Positions 1-12,349 of a stretch of 64,000 bases of DNA are shown here, piece after piece. The position numbers and the translations under genes were made by a program. This DNA comes from Azolla caroliniana (taxonomy: Eukaryota > Plantae > Polypodiophyta), in assembly GCA_043228905.1 (NCBI GenBank), contig JBHGNT010000001.1, positions 20,584,001 through 20,648,000 of the forward strand, written 5' to 3'. The notes under the pieces are model-generated. The model had not been told where the DNA came from. It saw only the letters and a list, made by a program, of their open reading frames with translations, and did not search any database. Numbering within the stretch: position 1 is the stretch's first letter; each line of letters opens with the position of its first letter.

Positions 1-199
1 CAAACTTTATACCCTCATATCTTGACATTTAGTTGTCTATTTCTCGTGTAATAAAGTGCATTCGAAACCTCCATCATTTTGTACTTAGATATTAAATTTA
101 TTTAAAATGTTATCTTCACAATTATTGTATTATGTGATTCATACTCGATTTCGTACGTTTTATGGGATTTTCACACTATTGCCGAAAATCTTCACCACA
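1..199 (-). mobile_element. Partial LTR (5' end) of a Phygy-like Gypsy element, running off the window
   Basis: Reverse complement starts TGTGGTGAAGATTTTCG, matching the LTR start TGTCGTGAAGATTTTCG at 3102; abrupt AT-rich to GC-rich switch at 199/200. Confidence 0.6.
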
Positions 200-2125
200 A
201 CGCAGGCCGGAAGAGCGTACGACGGCGACATGGAAGAGGGTGCGGAGCAAGCGACCCTCTTGCCTTGCGGTGAAGGGACGGCCATGGAGGCAGATAACTA
301 CGGATTCGAGACATGGCGGCCCGAAACATCGAGTGGGGAAGAGACAAGCGGAGGTGCCGGGTCCTTACCCACACCGATTCTAGAGGCTCTGGCGGCCGGC
401 CCGAGTGCCGGCGTGAGACCTAGAGCAACAGGCGGTGGCGGCAGCAAGGCGGGCAACCAAGACGACGGCAAGGAGATCGAGGAAGAGGAGGCGGCAAGCG
501 TAATCGAGACTGGCGCAATTGGAGGTGGGGTAACCACGGATAACGACGTCTGGATGGAGGCGGCTACGGAGACAACGAGCGGCGGTGCCGCGGCCTTACG
601 CAAACCAGCTCTAGAGGCTCCGGCATCCGGCCCGAGAGCCGGTGTGAGACCTAGAGTGACGGACGGTGGCAGCGGCAAGGCGTGCAACCGAGACGAGGAC
701 GAGGAGGTAGCAAGCATAACCGAGGCTTGCGTAACCGGGAACGAGATAGCCACGGACCACGGCGTCCGAATGATGGTGGCTACGAACATGACATCAGCGA
801 GTAACGGTACTGGGATTTTTCCCACACCTATTCTAGTGACTTCGGCGCTCGGCCCCGAGAGCCCACGTGAGACCGGAGAGACGGAAGGTGGCGGCGGCAA
901 AGCGGACAATAGAAACGACGACGAGGAAGGTCATAGCGGATGGAGGCAAGACCCCTCGACACCCGGGCCGGAGACTTCGGATATTGCGCTCGAATGCCAA
1001 CGTAAGACCGGAGTGAAGGATGGTGGCCGTGAGGAGGCATGGCCCGGAGCGAGGACCGACGGAGAGGTCGGGAGCGGCAAAGAGGAGAGAGTCGGGGACC
1101 GACTCGACCGGAAGACGAAGCGGAAGAAGAGTGAAGCGGGGGCCGGTCAATCGGGCCCAAACCGAAAGAAGCCGGCAAGACCGGGATTGTTTGATCGACT
1201 CCTTACCGGCCGGTTACAATTACGATGGGAGCCGGTGAGAGCGAGAAGGAGGCTAACCGGGCACGACGAGTACGGATCGGTGAGAGGCCGAGAGCAAGAG
1301 GGACCCTCCCCGCCTATTCTAGAGACTTCGGCAGTTGCGGATCAACATAAGACCGGAGAGACGACGGGTGGCGGCGAGGAGTCGGAGACCGGAATGGCTG
1401 AGGCTACCAGACCGGGTACCCGGTGCGTGAAGAAGTACGAGCACGGCCAAGACGGCAAGCCAGAGTCGGAAGGGGCTACGGCAAAGAAGGACGAAGAGAC
1501 CGACGCGGAGGTCGGGTTTACGACAGGCGAGGCGCGTAATACGAAGTACGCACTACGGCGTAAAACGGAGCATGCACTACGGCCGGCGAAGGGCCAAGAA
1601 GCAAGAATGCACCCGGAAGAGCGGCAACGAGTGACCGGCAACGGCGGACCGGTCGAGCCTTTGAGAGGCAAGCATGCGGCGAGAGACGAAGCCGTAAGGT
1701 GTCGAGATCGGCGGATGGGTGGCGAGAGCGAAGGATGGTGCGCCGAGAACAACGGGGTACACACCGGGAAGAGAAAACGCGGCGGCTTCCCAGAGGGCAT
1801 ACAAGGCCAAGCAGGCCAAGAGGGCGCAAGTCGAGGCGAGGCGGTAACGAGAGCCTCGAGGGACACCGACATGGAGGTCGGGATGACGGTACGCTCTACG
1901 GCGAGAGAGCACGATGGGCAAAGGAGAGGCAAGGAACGCGGAATGGGGTCGCCTAAGGGCCAAAGAATGAGCGCATATTCGAGGGACAACATCGACGCAT
2001 GGGAAGAGCCTACGGAAGGCAAGCGCGGAGCGGGAAGAGTCGACACACCGAGGTGTTCGACATACGGAGACAATAAAACCGGAGTGCGACCGGAGAGATC
2101 CGGAGCGCATCCGGAGGACATGTGA
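107..2125 (+). CDS. Low-complexity G/E/R/T-rich ORF inside the non-autonomous element; coding status uncertain (likely start after 200)
   Basis: ~1.9 kb open frame built of degenerate internal repeats (PTPILE motifs); first ~30 codons lie in the inserted LTR. Confidence 0.3.
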   Translation: MLSSQLLYYVIHTRFRTFYGIFTLLPKIFTTTQAGRAYDGDMEEGAEQATLLPCGEGTAMEADNYGFETWRPETSSGEETSGGAGSLPTPILEALAAGPSAGVRPRATGGGGSKAGNQDDGKEIEEEEAASVIETGAIGGGVTTDNDVWMEAATETTSGGAAALRKPALEAPASGPRAGVRPRVTDGGSGKACNRDEDEEVASITEACVTGNEIATDHGVRMMVATNMTSASNGTGIFPTPILVTSALGPESPRETGETEGGGGKADNRNDDEEGHSGWRQDPSTPGPETSDIALECQRKTGVKDGGREEAWPGARTDGEVGSGKEERVGDRLDRKTKRKKSEAGAGQSGPNRKKPARPGLFDRLLTGRLQLRWEPVRARRRLTGHDEYGSVRGREQEGPSPPILETSAVADQHKTGETTGGGEESETGMAEATRPGTRCVKKYEHGQDGKPESEGATAKKDEETDAEVGFTTGEARNTKYALRRKTEHALRPAKGQEARMHPEERQRVTGNGGPVEPLRGKHAARDEAVRCRDRRMGGESEGWCAENNGVHTGKRKRGGFPEGIQGQAGQEGASRGEAVTRASRDTDMEVGMTVRSTAREHDGQRRGKERGMGSPKGQRMSAYSRDNIDAWEEPTEGKRGAGRVDTPRCSTYGDNKTGVRPERSGAHPEDM

Positions 2126-3628
2126 GGTGGACCAAGAGGGTGTACCTCAGGGCAAAGCGGCAACATCAGAGGTTTCGGAGGACGCCGAAGACGAGAGCAA
2201 CGTACCTTTTCGAAAGGGTACGCAGAGCGGAGCGGAGTGCGAGACGTGCGATGTGGCCGCGTAAGGGCCGAACGACAAGCATGAGGATGATCGGCGAGCA
2301 TGGAAGGCTATGTCTTGAGAACTGGAGGAGGTGCGTGGAGAGCAATGGGCTACGTGCCGGGAAGAGGAAGCGCGGCGTCCCGGAAGGCATGCGAGGCCAA
2401 GCGGGCCAAGAGGACGAAAGTCGGGATGAAGCGGTAACGGGAGTCACGAAGGACACTGACATGGTGGTCGGGATGACGGTACGCTCTACGGCAAAAGAGC
2501 ACGGTGAGCAAAGGAGAAACGAGGAGTGCGTAATGAGGTCGCCGAGGGACCAAAGAACGAGCGCATGTTCGGGAGACAACAAGGGCACACGGAAAGAGCC
2601 TACAGAAGGTGAGCGCGGAACGGAGGGAATCGGCACGAGGTGTTCAAGACGAAGAGAGGATTGAGCCGGAGATAGAACACAAGCGGTACGCAAGGGGCGG
2701 AATCCGGTGAGCAAACGGGGTGACCGAGGGCCTAATCGGAGGACCTACGTGGCAGACAAAGAAAGAGTGACCGGATCGGCAATGGCGTTCGGGAGGACCA
2801 ATTGGGGAGGAAGGCGAACGCGGTGGATATGGCAGTTCGGATGGAATCGATGTTTCGGGGACACACAATGGACGTGGTGGATCGGTTGGAGCCGTCGGCT
2901 CGAGGACGTGCGACGGATACGGTGGAACGGGGTGCTACGACGGTTCGTGTGGAAGGGACGGGCGTGCTCGAAATGGAAAACGAAGCTGAGCAAGGCCAAC
3001 AAGGACAGGACGAACCTCGGTTTTATCACCATGGCCGAAAAATCTCACCTCTTCTCCTTTCTTGGCACATACCGGTGGATGTGCGGTTTGGTGAGGGCGG
3101 ATGTCGTGAAGATTTTCGTCCATTGGCAGAAATCGGGGTGGAATAGGAAAATCAGTGGTGTGCACCATGTGCACATGTATACTAGGAAATGGTGCATAGG
3201 AATAAGAGGGGAAATTTTGTCCCACATTGTAAGGTCCCTCCCTCCATGGGCTATAAAAGGAAGGGAGGGGTCACTTATGAAGGGTTGCCTATTTTGAGGG
3301 AGAGAGGCATACCACTTAGGTCCAAGGTTTCCTATTCGGTTTTAGGGTTTCGGTTAGGGTTTTCTTCTTGGGTCTTCCTTTAGGGTTTTCTCATAGTCGT
3401 TTGGTGCGGCCATGGCGGCCACCATTGTTGTAATCATTTGCTTGTTTTAATATATCTTGTTGCGGATCTTCCTTCCATCTATTTTGGTCCATGCTTATGT
3501 GCTACTCTTCATCTTCTCATCCGGTATTAAGCTTCCCTTTCTCATATCTTATTCTTTCTCCTCTACTCCCTAGTCCGAGACCCCCGTGGTCCTGCCCCTT
3601 CTACACGCACGCGCGTAACAACGCGACA
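200..3628 (+). mobile_element. 3' part of a non-autonomous (LARD-like) Phygy-family LTR element: GC-rich repetitive internal region, PPT and 3' LTR
   Basis: Pre-LTR segment 3063-3112 is near-identical to 11340-11389 of the pol-bearing element; no recognisable RT/INT motifs; degenerate internal duplications (~340-480, ~580-720, ~810-930; ~1740-2080 vs ~2330-2680). Confidence 0.75.
3102..3628 (+). repeat. 3' LTR (527 bp), TGTCG...CGACA
   Basis: Preceded by PPT GGTGAGGGCGGA; TATA (CTATAAAAGG) ~3251; ends ACGCGACA like the LTR at 11379-12022. Confidence 0.85.
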
Positions 3629-3740
3629 ACGAGCTTCTAATGGACGTATTCACATTATCTCCTTTTGTACATACTAGGCTTAGGCTATTTATGTAAATAG
3701 TGAGAAGGGCAGATGCCCTAAGCCAGTCAGTATATAAATT

Positions 3741-6700
3741 TGTTGAAGACAATGCTCGGCCACAACCGAGGAATAGGATTAACTCACAGAAAACAGGAAA
3801 TACAAAATGCACGATGACAATAGAGAGAAGAGTACACTGGATGTTTTACGTGGAAAACCCTAAATGGGAAAAAAAACCACGGGAGTCCTCAAACTCCAAC
3901 TATCACTACAAACAGAGATGTACAATGGTGAAGCTACAAGGCAACAACCTTGAGCTCACTGTCTTCGCCACAGGCGGCGGTAATACACAGAGGCAACGAC
4001 CTCTTCGTCTCTCTCTCTCTCTCTCTCTGCTGCTCACTTTGCTCCCTCTAAGTGGAAAACCAGAAAAATGAGTAACAACCACAAAAACTGTTTGCCCTAA
4101 GTCATATTTATACACATATGACTTTCGGGCTATTTACAAATATAGCCTCGAGGGCCCTTGGCAAACATATTCACAAATATGTCCCCGCATCCGGATCTCT
4201 CTCCGGGTACATTCGTCATCCGGCTCCGTAGCCGGGGTCTTCATCATCCGGATCTAAAACCGGGGTCTTCATCCTCCGGCTCCGTAGCCGGGGTCTTCAT
4301 CATCCGGATCCGAAAACCGGGTACTCCTCATTCGGGTCTTCATTCCCGATTCCCGGACATCCGACCATCCCATCCGGAGGGACCGTAATCCCAACAAACT
4401 CCCCCTTCACTTCGGCATGGGATGTCTTTCCAGTCCGACCCTCTTCCGGCACGCTTCCAGCTTGTCGGGTGTGAGCACTTTGGTCAGCATATCTGACCCG
4501 TTCTCGTCCGTGTGGATCTTCGTCAGCACGAACTCCTGGTCTTCTATCCTTTCCCGAATCCAGTGATATCTTCGCTGGATGTGCTTCGTCCGGGAGTGAT
4601 AGGCCGCGTTCTTCGCAAGGTGGATGGCACTCTGACTGTCGCAGTAGAGTCGGTACTCCTCTTGCCGGATACCGAGCTCTCTAATGAAGTCCTTCATCCA
4701 TATTATTTCCTTGCCGGCTTCAACAGCCGCCATGTACTCCGCCTCCGTGGTTGACAACGCAACCGTCTTCTGCAGCCTCGACTGCCACGAAACAGCTCCA
4801 CCTGCATACGTCATCACATACCCTGATGTGGACCGGCTGGTATCTGCATCAGCAGACATATCCGAATCGGTAAAGCCGTCGAGTTCGGACTTACCGGAGC
4901 CGAATCGGAGGCATACGTTTGCCGTGCCCTTCAGGTATCGGAGTATCCACTTGGCCACGTTCCAGTGCTCTTTGCCGGGATTGCTCATGTACCGGCTCAC
5001 CACTCCGACTGCATATCCTATGTCCGGTCTTGTACACACCATCGCGTACATCAAGCTTCCGACGGCAGAGGCATATGGTACTTTCCTCATGTCCTCCTTC
5101 TCAACCTTTGTCTTGGGGCTTTGCTTGCTGGACAACTTGCAGTTTGCCGGGAGGGGTGACCCGACCGGTCTTGCTTCCGACATGTTGAACCGGTGAAGCA
5201 CCTTTGTCACGTACTTCTCCTGTGACAGCCACAACTGCTTCTTCTTCCGGTCCCGGATGATGTGCATCCCTAGTATTTGCCTCGCCGGACCCAGGTCCTT
5301 CATTGAGAAGGTTCGGTGAAGCGCTTTCTTCAGCATCCGTATCTTGACCTGGTTCCGTCCGACGATCAACATGTCGTCCACGTACAGGAGGAGTATTAGA
5401 AAGTCTCCTCCTTCGAACTTCTTCACAAACACGCAGTGATCGGACTGCGTTTTGTGGTACCCTTCGTCGGTCATGAAAGAGTCGAACTTCCGGTACCATT
5501 GCCGGGGAGCCTGCTTCAGTCCGTAAAGGCTCTTCTTCAACCGGCATACCAGGTGCTCCTTCCCTTTCTTCTCGAATCCTTCCGGTTGCTGCATGTAGAT
5601 CTCTTCTTCGAGGTCACCGTGAAGGAATGCCGTCTTCACGTCCATCTGTTCTACCTCGAGGTCCATGCTTGCCGCTATGCTCAGCACCGTCCGGATGGAG
5701 GTCATCTTCACTACCGGGGCAAATATCTCGTCGAAGTCGACGCCCTTCTTCTGCTGGAACCCCTTCACCACGATCCTGGCTTTGTATCTCGGGGGGTTTT
5801 CGGCATCTCCCGGTTTCAGCTTGAACACCCACTTGTTCCGAAGTGCCCGCTTTCCTTTCGGCAACTCCACAAGTTCATATGTGTGGTTCTCATGCAAGGA
5901 ATCCATCTCCTCCTACATGGCACTTAACCACCTGCGGCTATGGGTGTCAAGCTTTGCTTCTTCAAAACTCTCCGGCTCCCCCTCGTCGGTTAGCAGCACG
6001 TGCTCTGGTTCCGGAAATCTCCGGGGGGCCCTTCTCTCTCTTAGAGGATATCTCCGTTCCGGAGCTTTGGTAACCGGCTCTTCCGTTTCCTCTTCATCCG
6101 AATCCATTTCGGGATCGGGGCCGGTTCCGGTATCAGTTTCATCTTCCTCGGCCGGTTCTGTTTCTTCACCGTCTTCGGCCGGATCCTCGAGTGCTAACCG
6201 GTCCCTTGCCGGTCGGGACTGCTCCTCATAGAGTTGATCCTCACCGGTCGACTTGGAGCTCTTCATCTTCTTCTCCGACTCCCAGTCGGCGAGTGTCTTG
6301 TCCTCCATGAAGATGATATCACGACTCCTGAATATCTTCTTGTGGACCGGGTCCCATACTCGGTAGCCGAACTCGTCGTCGCCGTAACCGAGGAATATGC
6401 ATGGTCGGGTCTTTGGATCTAGCTTTCCTCTCCGGTCCTTTGCCACATGCACATATGCGAGACACCCGAACACCTTCAGATGCCGGTAGGATACTTCCCT
6501 ACCGGTCCACACTCTCTGCGGCGTGTCTCCGTCCAAAGGTACTGAGGGTGATCTGTTTATCACGTATGTCGCCGCCGACATTGCCTCAGCCCAAAACCCC
6601 TTGGGTAATTTCGCATGCGCCAGCATACTCCGGACCCTCTCCATTATGGTCCGGTTCATCCTCTCGGCCAGCCCGTTCAGTTCCGGCGTCTTCGGCGTCT
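3741..6700 (-). mobile_element. Ty1/Copia element A (Tnt1/Tork-like), 5'-truncated: INT-RT-RNaseH, PPT, 3' LTR 3741-4396
   Basis: QMDVKTAFLHG, LYVDDML, VPYASAVGSLMYAM motifs; PPT GAAGGGGGAGTT then TGTTGG at 4396; LTR ends TCTTCAACA at 3741. Confidence 0.93.
4407..6690 (-). pseudogene. Copia pol (integrase C-half, RT, RNase H) with one in-frame TAG at ~5913
   Basis: ORFs 5913-6740 and 4407-5906 are in one frame; GLAERMNRT, KLDPKT, YVDD, TKHI. Confidence 0.92.
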
Positions 6701-6709
6701 TCCGGCGTC

Positions 6710-7808
6710 TTCGGCAGCCCGGCACGCAGAGACCGTCCACTACTCAGCGTCAGCCGGTATTCGGGTCGGGGGCAGCGGGGCCCGGAAGGAGAGCAAAGCC
6801 GAGTTCTGGCCGACGGTGCTAGAAGGCCTCGCCGATGCCCGACTGAAGAGAGACGAGGCGGACCGCGCGGAGAAGCGGGTCCAGGAGGTAACCGGGTGGA
6901 GTGACCCGGTCAAAGAAAAGACGGGTTTCGTCAAAGCAGCTTGCCAGAACTACGAGGCTCTGGTTGAAGACAAACGGGTAGGTAAAATCGGAGGGGTCGG
7001 ACCCTCATAGAGATACGAAACCCGATTTGGGCCGAAACGGAACGAGGCCGGTGAGTCCAGTGCTCGGGATAACCACAAGAAGGGCGGATATCGGTTGGGC
7101 ACGGAGATCGAAAGGACCACGGACCTACGAAAGGTCCTGGAAGAACGAATCCTCGACAACAAGGTGGAACTGTCGCTGCGGGAGGTGCTCGGGATCGCCA
7201 AGGAGTTCCACAACTCCATCGTGGACTTGGTGAAGAGGAAGAGGCTGTCGACGGGGGCAGAACCGGAAAGGCCGGTGGAAGTGCGGACGGCGCACATAGA
7301 GGACATGGCACTGGAAGACGAGTGGGCGGAGAGCCACTATTCGAGGCCACACTGGGCCTGAGCGACCACGGAAACCCCGGTGAAGATCGGGGATGTTCAA
7401 GAACCGGTGGTGGCGCCGGTGGACCACGGTTCGGAAATAAACCTGATGTCCATGGACTTCTATAAGAAGGGGAAATGGCCGATCAACACTAAGCACGGGT
7501 GGAAGATACGGGCGGCGACGCGCATCACCGAGGAACTACACGGGGCCTGCCCAAACGTGCGAGTCAAGATCGGCAACGTCGAGATAGACTAGCACTTCTT
7601 CGTGCAGGAAACGTCCTCGCACCCGGTCATACTAGGGGAACCGTACATTACGGCAGCGCGAATGGAGACCAAGGTACTGGACAACGGGTCGGCTTACGCG
7701 AGGGTCAAGAGTCAGGACGGGCGACATTCGGTCCAGTTCTTGACGGTGCGACCCAACCACGAGAGAAACCGTTAGTCCCTCGGTGGCGAGAACCGAGAGG
7801 ATTTTTAG
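6710..7808 (+). pseudogene. Gag C-terminus plus protease (VDHGSEIN...ILGEPY), one frame with premature stops, ending EDF*
   Basis: ORFs 6615, 7095 and 7380 are all in the same frame; stops at ~7008, 7359, 7590, 7773; terminal stop at 7806-7808. Confidence 0.8.
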
Positions 7809-7842
7809 AGAGGGCTGCCAAGGCGTGGGGCCGCGACAGTCC
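7799..7842 (+). promoter_or_regulatory. Putative -1 programmed ribosomal frameshift signal (G GAU UUU, 6-nt spacer, stem-loop)
   Basis: GGATTTT 7799-7805 immediately before the protease-frame TAG; pol frame is -1; stem GGGCTG(7812)/CAGTCC(7837). Confidence 0.65.
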
Positions 7843-10800
7843 GGACACTCCGAGAAAACCCCACAAATGTACGGCAGAAGCGAAACCAAAGAAACCTTGT
7901 ACCATAAGTAGAAAAATTTGTTTCTCCGACAATGGAGGGTTTACGATAGTCAGCGTCGTTGGCCGAGAAAAGACAAGGGCGGAAGAGCGACTGCGGGCGT
8001 GCGGAGTTCTCGGGCCCAACGAGGAAATCTACGGAGCCGTGGAGGCGGTCTCCTTCGACGATACCTTGGGAATACTGCGAGAGGTGGTCGGAGAGGGCCT
8101 TAAGGAGGACCGGACGATACCGGTTTGTTCAGAAGAAATGTACGAAGTCATCGCGGACTTCAGTCAAGGGCTCGAGTCGGATCGGACGGCCCGGGTTAAC
8201 ACGAAGTACAAGACTGTGGACCAGAAGGTAAGGCCAGTCGCGGCACCCTTACCGGAGGGCAGCGAGTTGCGAATCAAGGGGGTCGCGTCGGACCCCAGTT
8301 TACGAGATCCGGCCTGCATAGGGCACGCCTTCACCGACAGAACGCTACGGGAGCTCAAAATAGGTGGGGGCGGGTTCCTACTGCCGGCGGAAGAAGACCG
8401 GTTTCGGAGAATGCTCGGAAGGCACAGGAAAGCCTTCGCATTCTCACCAGAAGAGATCGGGTGCGTAGATCCGACAGTCGTGAAGCCGATGGTGATATTC
8501 ACGGTACCGCATGTACCATGGAATCTCAAGCCAATTTCGGTACCGAGAGCTCACATCCCGGAGCTGATGGAGCTATTGAGGCAGAAAGTCGATATGGGCA
8601 TCCTCGAACCGTCGAGTGCCCCGTACTCAAACCGGTGGTTTACCGTACCAAAGAAGAACGGGACGTTGCGCTTCATTCAGGACCTGCAACCGGTCAACAG
8701 GGTGACCATTCGGAACGCAGGAATCGGACCAACGATAGACGAGTTCGCGGAGGCCTTCGCCGGAAGGTCGATCTACTCGGTCGGTGATCTATACTCGGGG
8801 TACGATCAGTTCCAACTAGCCGTAGAAAGCAGAGACATTACGACGATGCGGACTCCTCTCGGCCTAGTGCGGATGTGTACCCTGCCACAAGGAGGGACGA
8901 ACTCGGTGGCCCACATGGTGAATGCGATGAACAAGGTGCTGAGGGATTGTATCCCGGACATCACCATGCCATTCTTGGATGACATCCCGATCAAGGGATG
9001 TCCGGTGGGGGAAAAGGACGAAACGATCGGACCGGACGGATGCCGGAAATTCGTGGCGACACACATTGACGACTGCGAGAGGGTGCTGCAAAGGCTAGAG
9101 GACGCGAGGCTCACCTTCTCCGGGGAGAAATCATCCTTCGGGCAATCAGAGATCATGGTCGTCGGACATCTATGCGGGCCGTATGACCGGAAACCGTCTC
9201 CGGCTAAGGTGGAAGCCATCTCCTCAATGAAGCCCGATTGTAACTCGGTCACGGAGGTACGGAGGTTTTTGGGAGCATGCGCGTTCTACCACCTATGGAT
9301 CCCGCATTACGCCCACATTACCGAGCCACTATACGGGTTGTTGAAAAAGGGGCGAAAATTCGAGTGGCGAGACGAGCATGCGGAGTCGGTCCGAAAGATG
9401 AAGGAGGCTCTTTCTGCAGCACCAGCACTCCGGAAGGCTGTCTACGAGAAAGGCACTCCCATCTACATAACGGTAGATACGAGTCCGACCGGGATCGGAT
9501 GGGTCGTCAACCAAGAAGATGAGGACGGCATTCGGTTCCCAATCCGGTTCGGCGCGAAGGTCCTCAGCGAGTGACAGCGAGGATACGCCCAGGTTAAACG
9601 CGAACTCTAGGGTATCGTTTCGGCGGTGAAGGCCGATAAAGACTATCTGATCGGGACAGAAGTGATTATCGAGACGGACTGCCTGCCAATTCTCGGCATG
9701 GTTTCCGGATGCGCAACCCCGGACTTGGCGATGCTCAGGTGGATAGCGTACATCAAGTCCCTGAATCCGGAAATACGACACATTTCCGGGAAAGACAATG
9801 CCATGGCCGACATGCTTTCGAGGGCGTGATTCAACGACGAGGGCGGCATGGTTTCGGAGGACGAGGAAGTCGGCATAGACTTCTTCGAGACGGCTTACGT
9901 AACAACTAAGGGAGGGAGCACTCCGGCGCTTAACGATTTCGACGAGAGCAAGTACAACGGGGAGTGGCTGCAGATTGGAGGTTTCTTAAGGACAATGACG
10001 TCAGACGCGTCTTGGACAAAGGATGAGGCCAACCGGATCCGGAAGAAAGCGTACCGATTCTTTCTCCGGGGTGGATACTTGTGGAAGCACCCGAAGAAGA
10101 GAAACGGCATCCCGCTCCGAGTTGTGGCGATGAAGGAAGAACAGGAGGAGCTGCTGAAGGCCTACCACGACAGCCCCTGGGCTAGACACCGTGGAATGTG
10201 GGCCACATTTGAGAAACTAAAGGGGAAGTACTGGTGGCCGGGACTGTACCGAGACGTGCATCGGTTCGTGACAACTTGTGAGAGCTGTCAGATGCACTCC
10301 ATAGTCCGACATCGGGACGAGCTTCACCCTACATACCCTCCGGCCATCCACTTCAAATGGATGGTAGATCTGGTGACGATGCCGATGGGCGTAGGGCAGA
10401 TGCGATATCTGGTACTGGCCCGAGAGGACCTGACGAACCAGGTGGAAGGCCGAGCCCTGCAAAACAAAACGACCGCGGTCGTGTGTCGGTTCCTGATCGA
10501 GGACGTGATATGCCGGTACGGGTGCGTCAGGAAGATCGTGGCTGACCGAGGGGAGTTGGACGCCAAAGAGGCCGAGGAGCTGTTCGGCCGGTTAGGGGTC
10601 AAGCTCTCGCTCACCACGGCGTACAATCCGGAGGCGAACGAGAAGGTGGAGCGCGGGCACGGGCCAATCATCAAAGCCCTAGTCCGGGCGTGCGAAGGAC
10701 AGGTCGGGAACTGGCCACGACTGTTACCCTATGCCTTGTGGGCGGACCAGACAACGCACAGCTCGGTAACCGGGTTCATGCCGTCAGAGCTCATGTTTGG

Positions 10801-11386
10801 ACAGAAGCCGATCATGCCGATGGATCGGACGATCTCCTCTTGGGCGACAGTAGACTGGAGAGACGAGATCGGTCGGGAAGAACTGCTCACGGCGCGTATA
10901 CGGCAGCTCGAACGGAGGCCAGAGGACGTGGAACGAGCGACGGAGAGACTTCGGACGGCGAGGATGAAGAACAAAGCCCGGTTCGACCGAACGCACCGGC
11001 TCTGGCCAAAGAAAATCGAGGAAGGCGACTGGGTGCTAGTCTACGACAGCAGCCTCCACAACCAGCACCGAGCAACGCGGAAGTTTGCGAAGCGGTGGTT
11101 CGGGCCTTACGTGGTAACGAGCGCCAACGACAACGGGACGTATCACCTGGCCGAACTCGACGGTACGAGGATGGCGATGCCGGTAGCAGGGAAGCGGATC
11201 AAAGCGTTCAAGAAGCGTCACGACGACAAACCGGATCTAAGAGGCCTGGACAGCGAAGACGAACAGTCCGAAACGGAGGACGAACCGATGGACGAAGAAA
11301 CGAAACCCGGGCAGGTTTTCTCCAACCAGAACCCAATTTTGGCGCATACCGGTGGATGCGCGGTTAGGTGGGGGCGGATGTCGTGA
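7799..11386 (+). pseudogene. Gypsy pol RT-RNaseH-integrase, one frame with 3 premature stops
   Basis: ORFs 7499-9574, 9626-9829 and 9848-11386 are in frame; stops look like CGA>TGA and TGG>TAG transitions. Confidence 0.9.
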
Positions 11387-12349
11387 AGAAAACCGTCCCT
11401 TGGCGCAATCGGTGCATAGCGCGCGTGAACCGGCTCTTCACTGTGCGCGCCCTTAATGTATATAATAGGGAATTAATTACAAAGGCATATCCGGGTAGTT
11501 AGATTCGGTGGGTGGGGAGTAAATGAGGGAGACAGCTCCCTTCTTGAAGCTATAAAGGAGAGGGAGACGCAGGGAGAAAGCATCGCGCATTAAGGAGGAC
11601 GAAGTGCTGCCGGACCGGAACCGAACGCTTCTCCTCTGTTCGTTCTCCATCACTCTTCTCTGCAGGGTTTCGGGAGGCTCGCGCTGCTTCGAGGAACGCC
11701 CGTGTGCTTCCGGTAGCTCCTCCACCCTTTTCTCCTTTCGTGTGCAGACGAGCAGGCATCGGCATCTGTTCGCCGGCCTGCTCGGTTGTAGCCGCTCGCG
11801 TGCTCTGTTGTGTATTTGATATTCGTTAATATAGAAACACTTGTGTCTCCCTATCTCTATGTCCATTCGCGTCTTCTGTGTTGAGGGGTCGTGCCCCTGT
11901 GTTTCTTACTCATACGTGACCGGGCGTCTCGCTCTCTCATTCCCCTTCTATCACCTGCTCTTCGGTCCAAGACCCCGGTGGTCCCGCCTCCTTTCTCCAC
12001 TCACGCGCGTAGTAACGCGACAACTTGTATAGAATACTACGGTAAATTATCACCACGGGATATTAAATGGTCATGCCCTTAACATACTCTCCTTCTTTAA
12101 AACATTGCACTCTTGCAATGGAAAGTTAGGGAAGTTTGGTCTTAGAGTATTCTCACGTTCCCATGTGGCATCTTTTGACGGGAACTACAACGTTCCTTAT
12201 GCACAACGCTCGGCCACAACCGAGCTTAAAATCATACACAGAAAACGGGAAACGAATGCATGACACAAGAGAAGAGAATGAGTACGCAGGATGTTTACGT
12301 GGAAAACCCAAACTAAGGGATAAACCACGGAACCCCACAGGCTGCAAAC

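Larger units (their letters stand above)
6710..12022 (+). mobile_element. Phygy-like Ty3/Gypsy element, 5'-truncated: gag end, protease, RT-RH-INT, PPT, 3' LTR 11379-12022
   Basis: RT FIQDLQPVN..DLYSGYDQ..TPLG..LPQGGTNS..PFLDD; INT HHCC, DLVT, DRGE, RWFGPY; LTR TGTCG...CGACA after GGTGGGGGCGGA. Confidence 0.92.

Noticed and set aside
298-2714. Antisense ORFs (203, 319, 182 aa) and similar shadow ORFs opposite gag-pol and the extra ORF
   Set aside because: Expected by-products of GC-rich, stop-poor or repetitive sequence; no motifs
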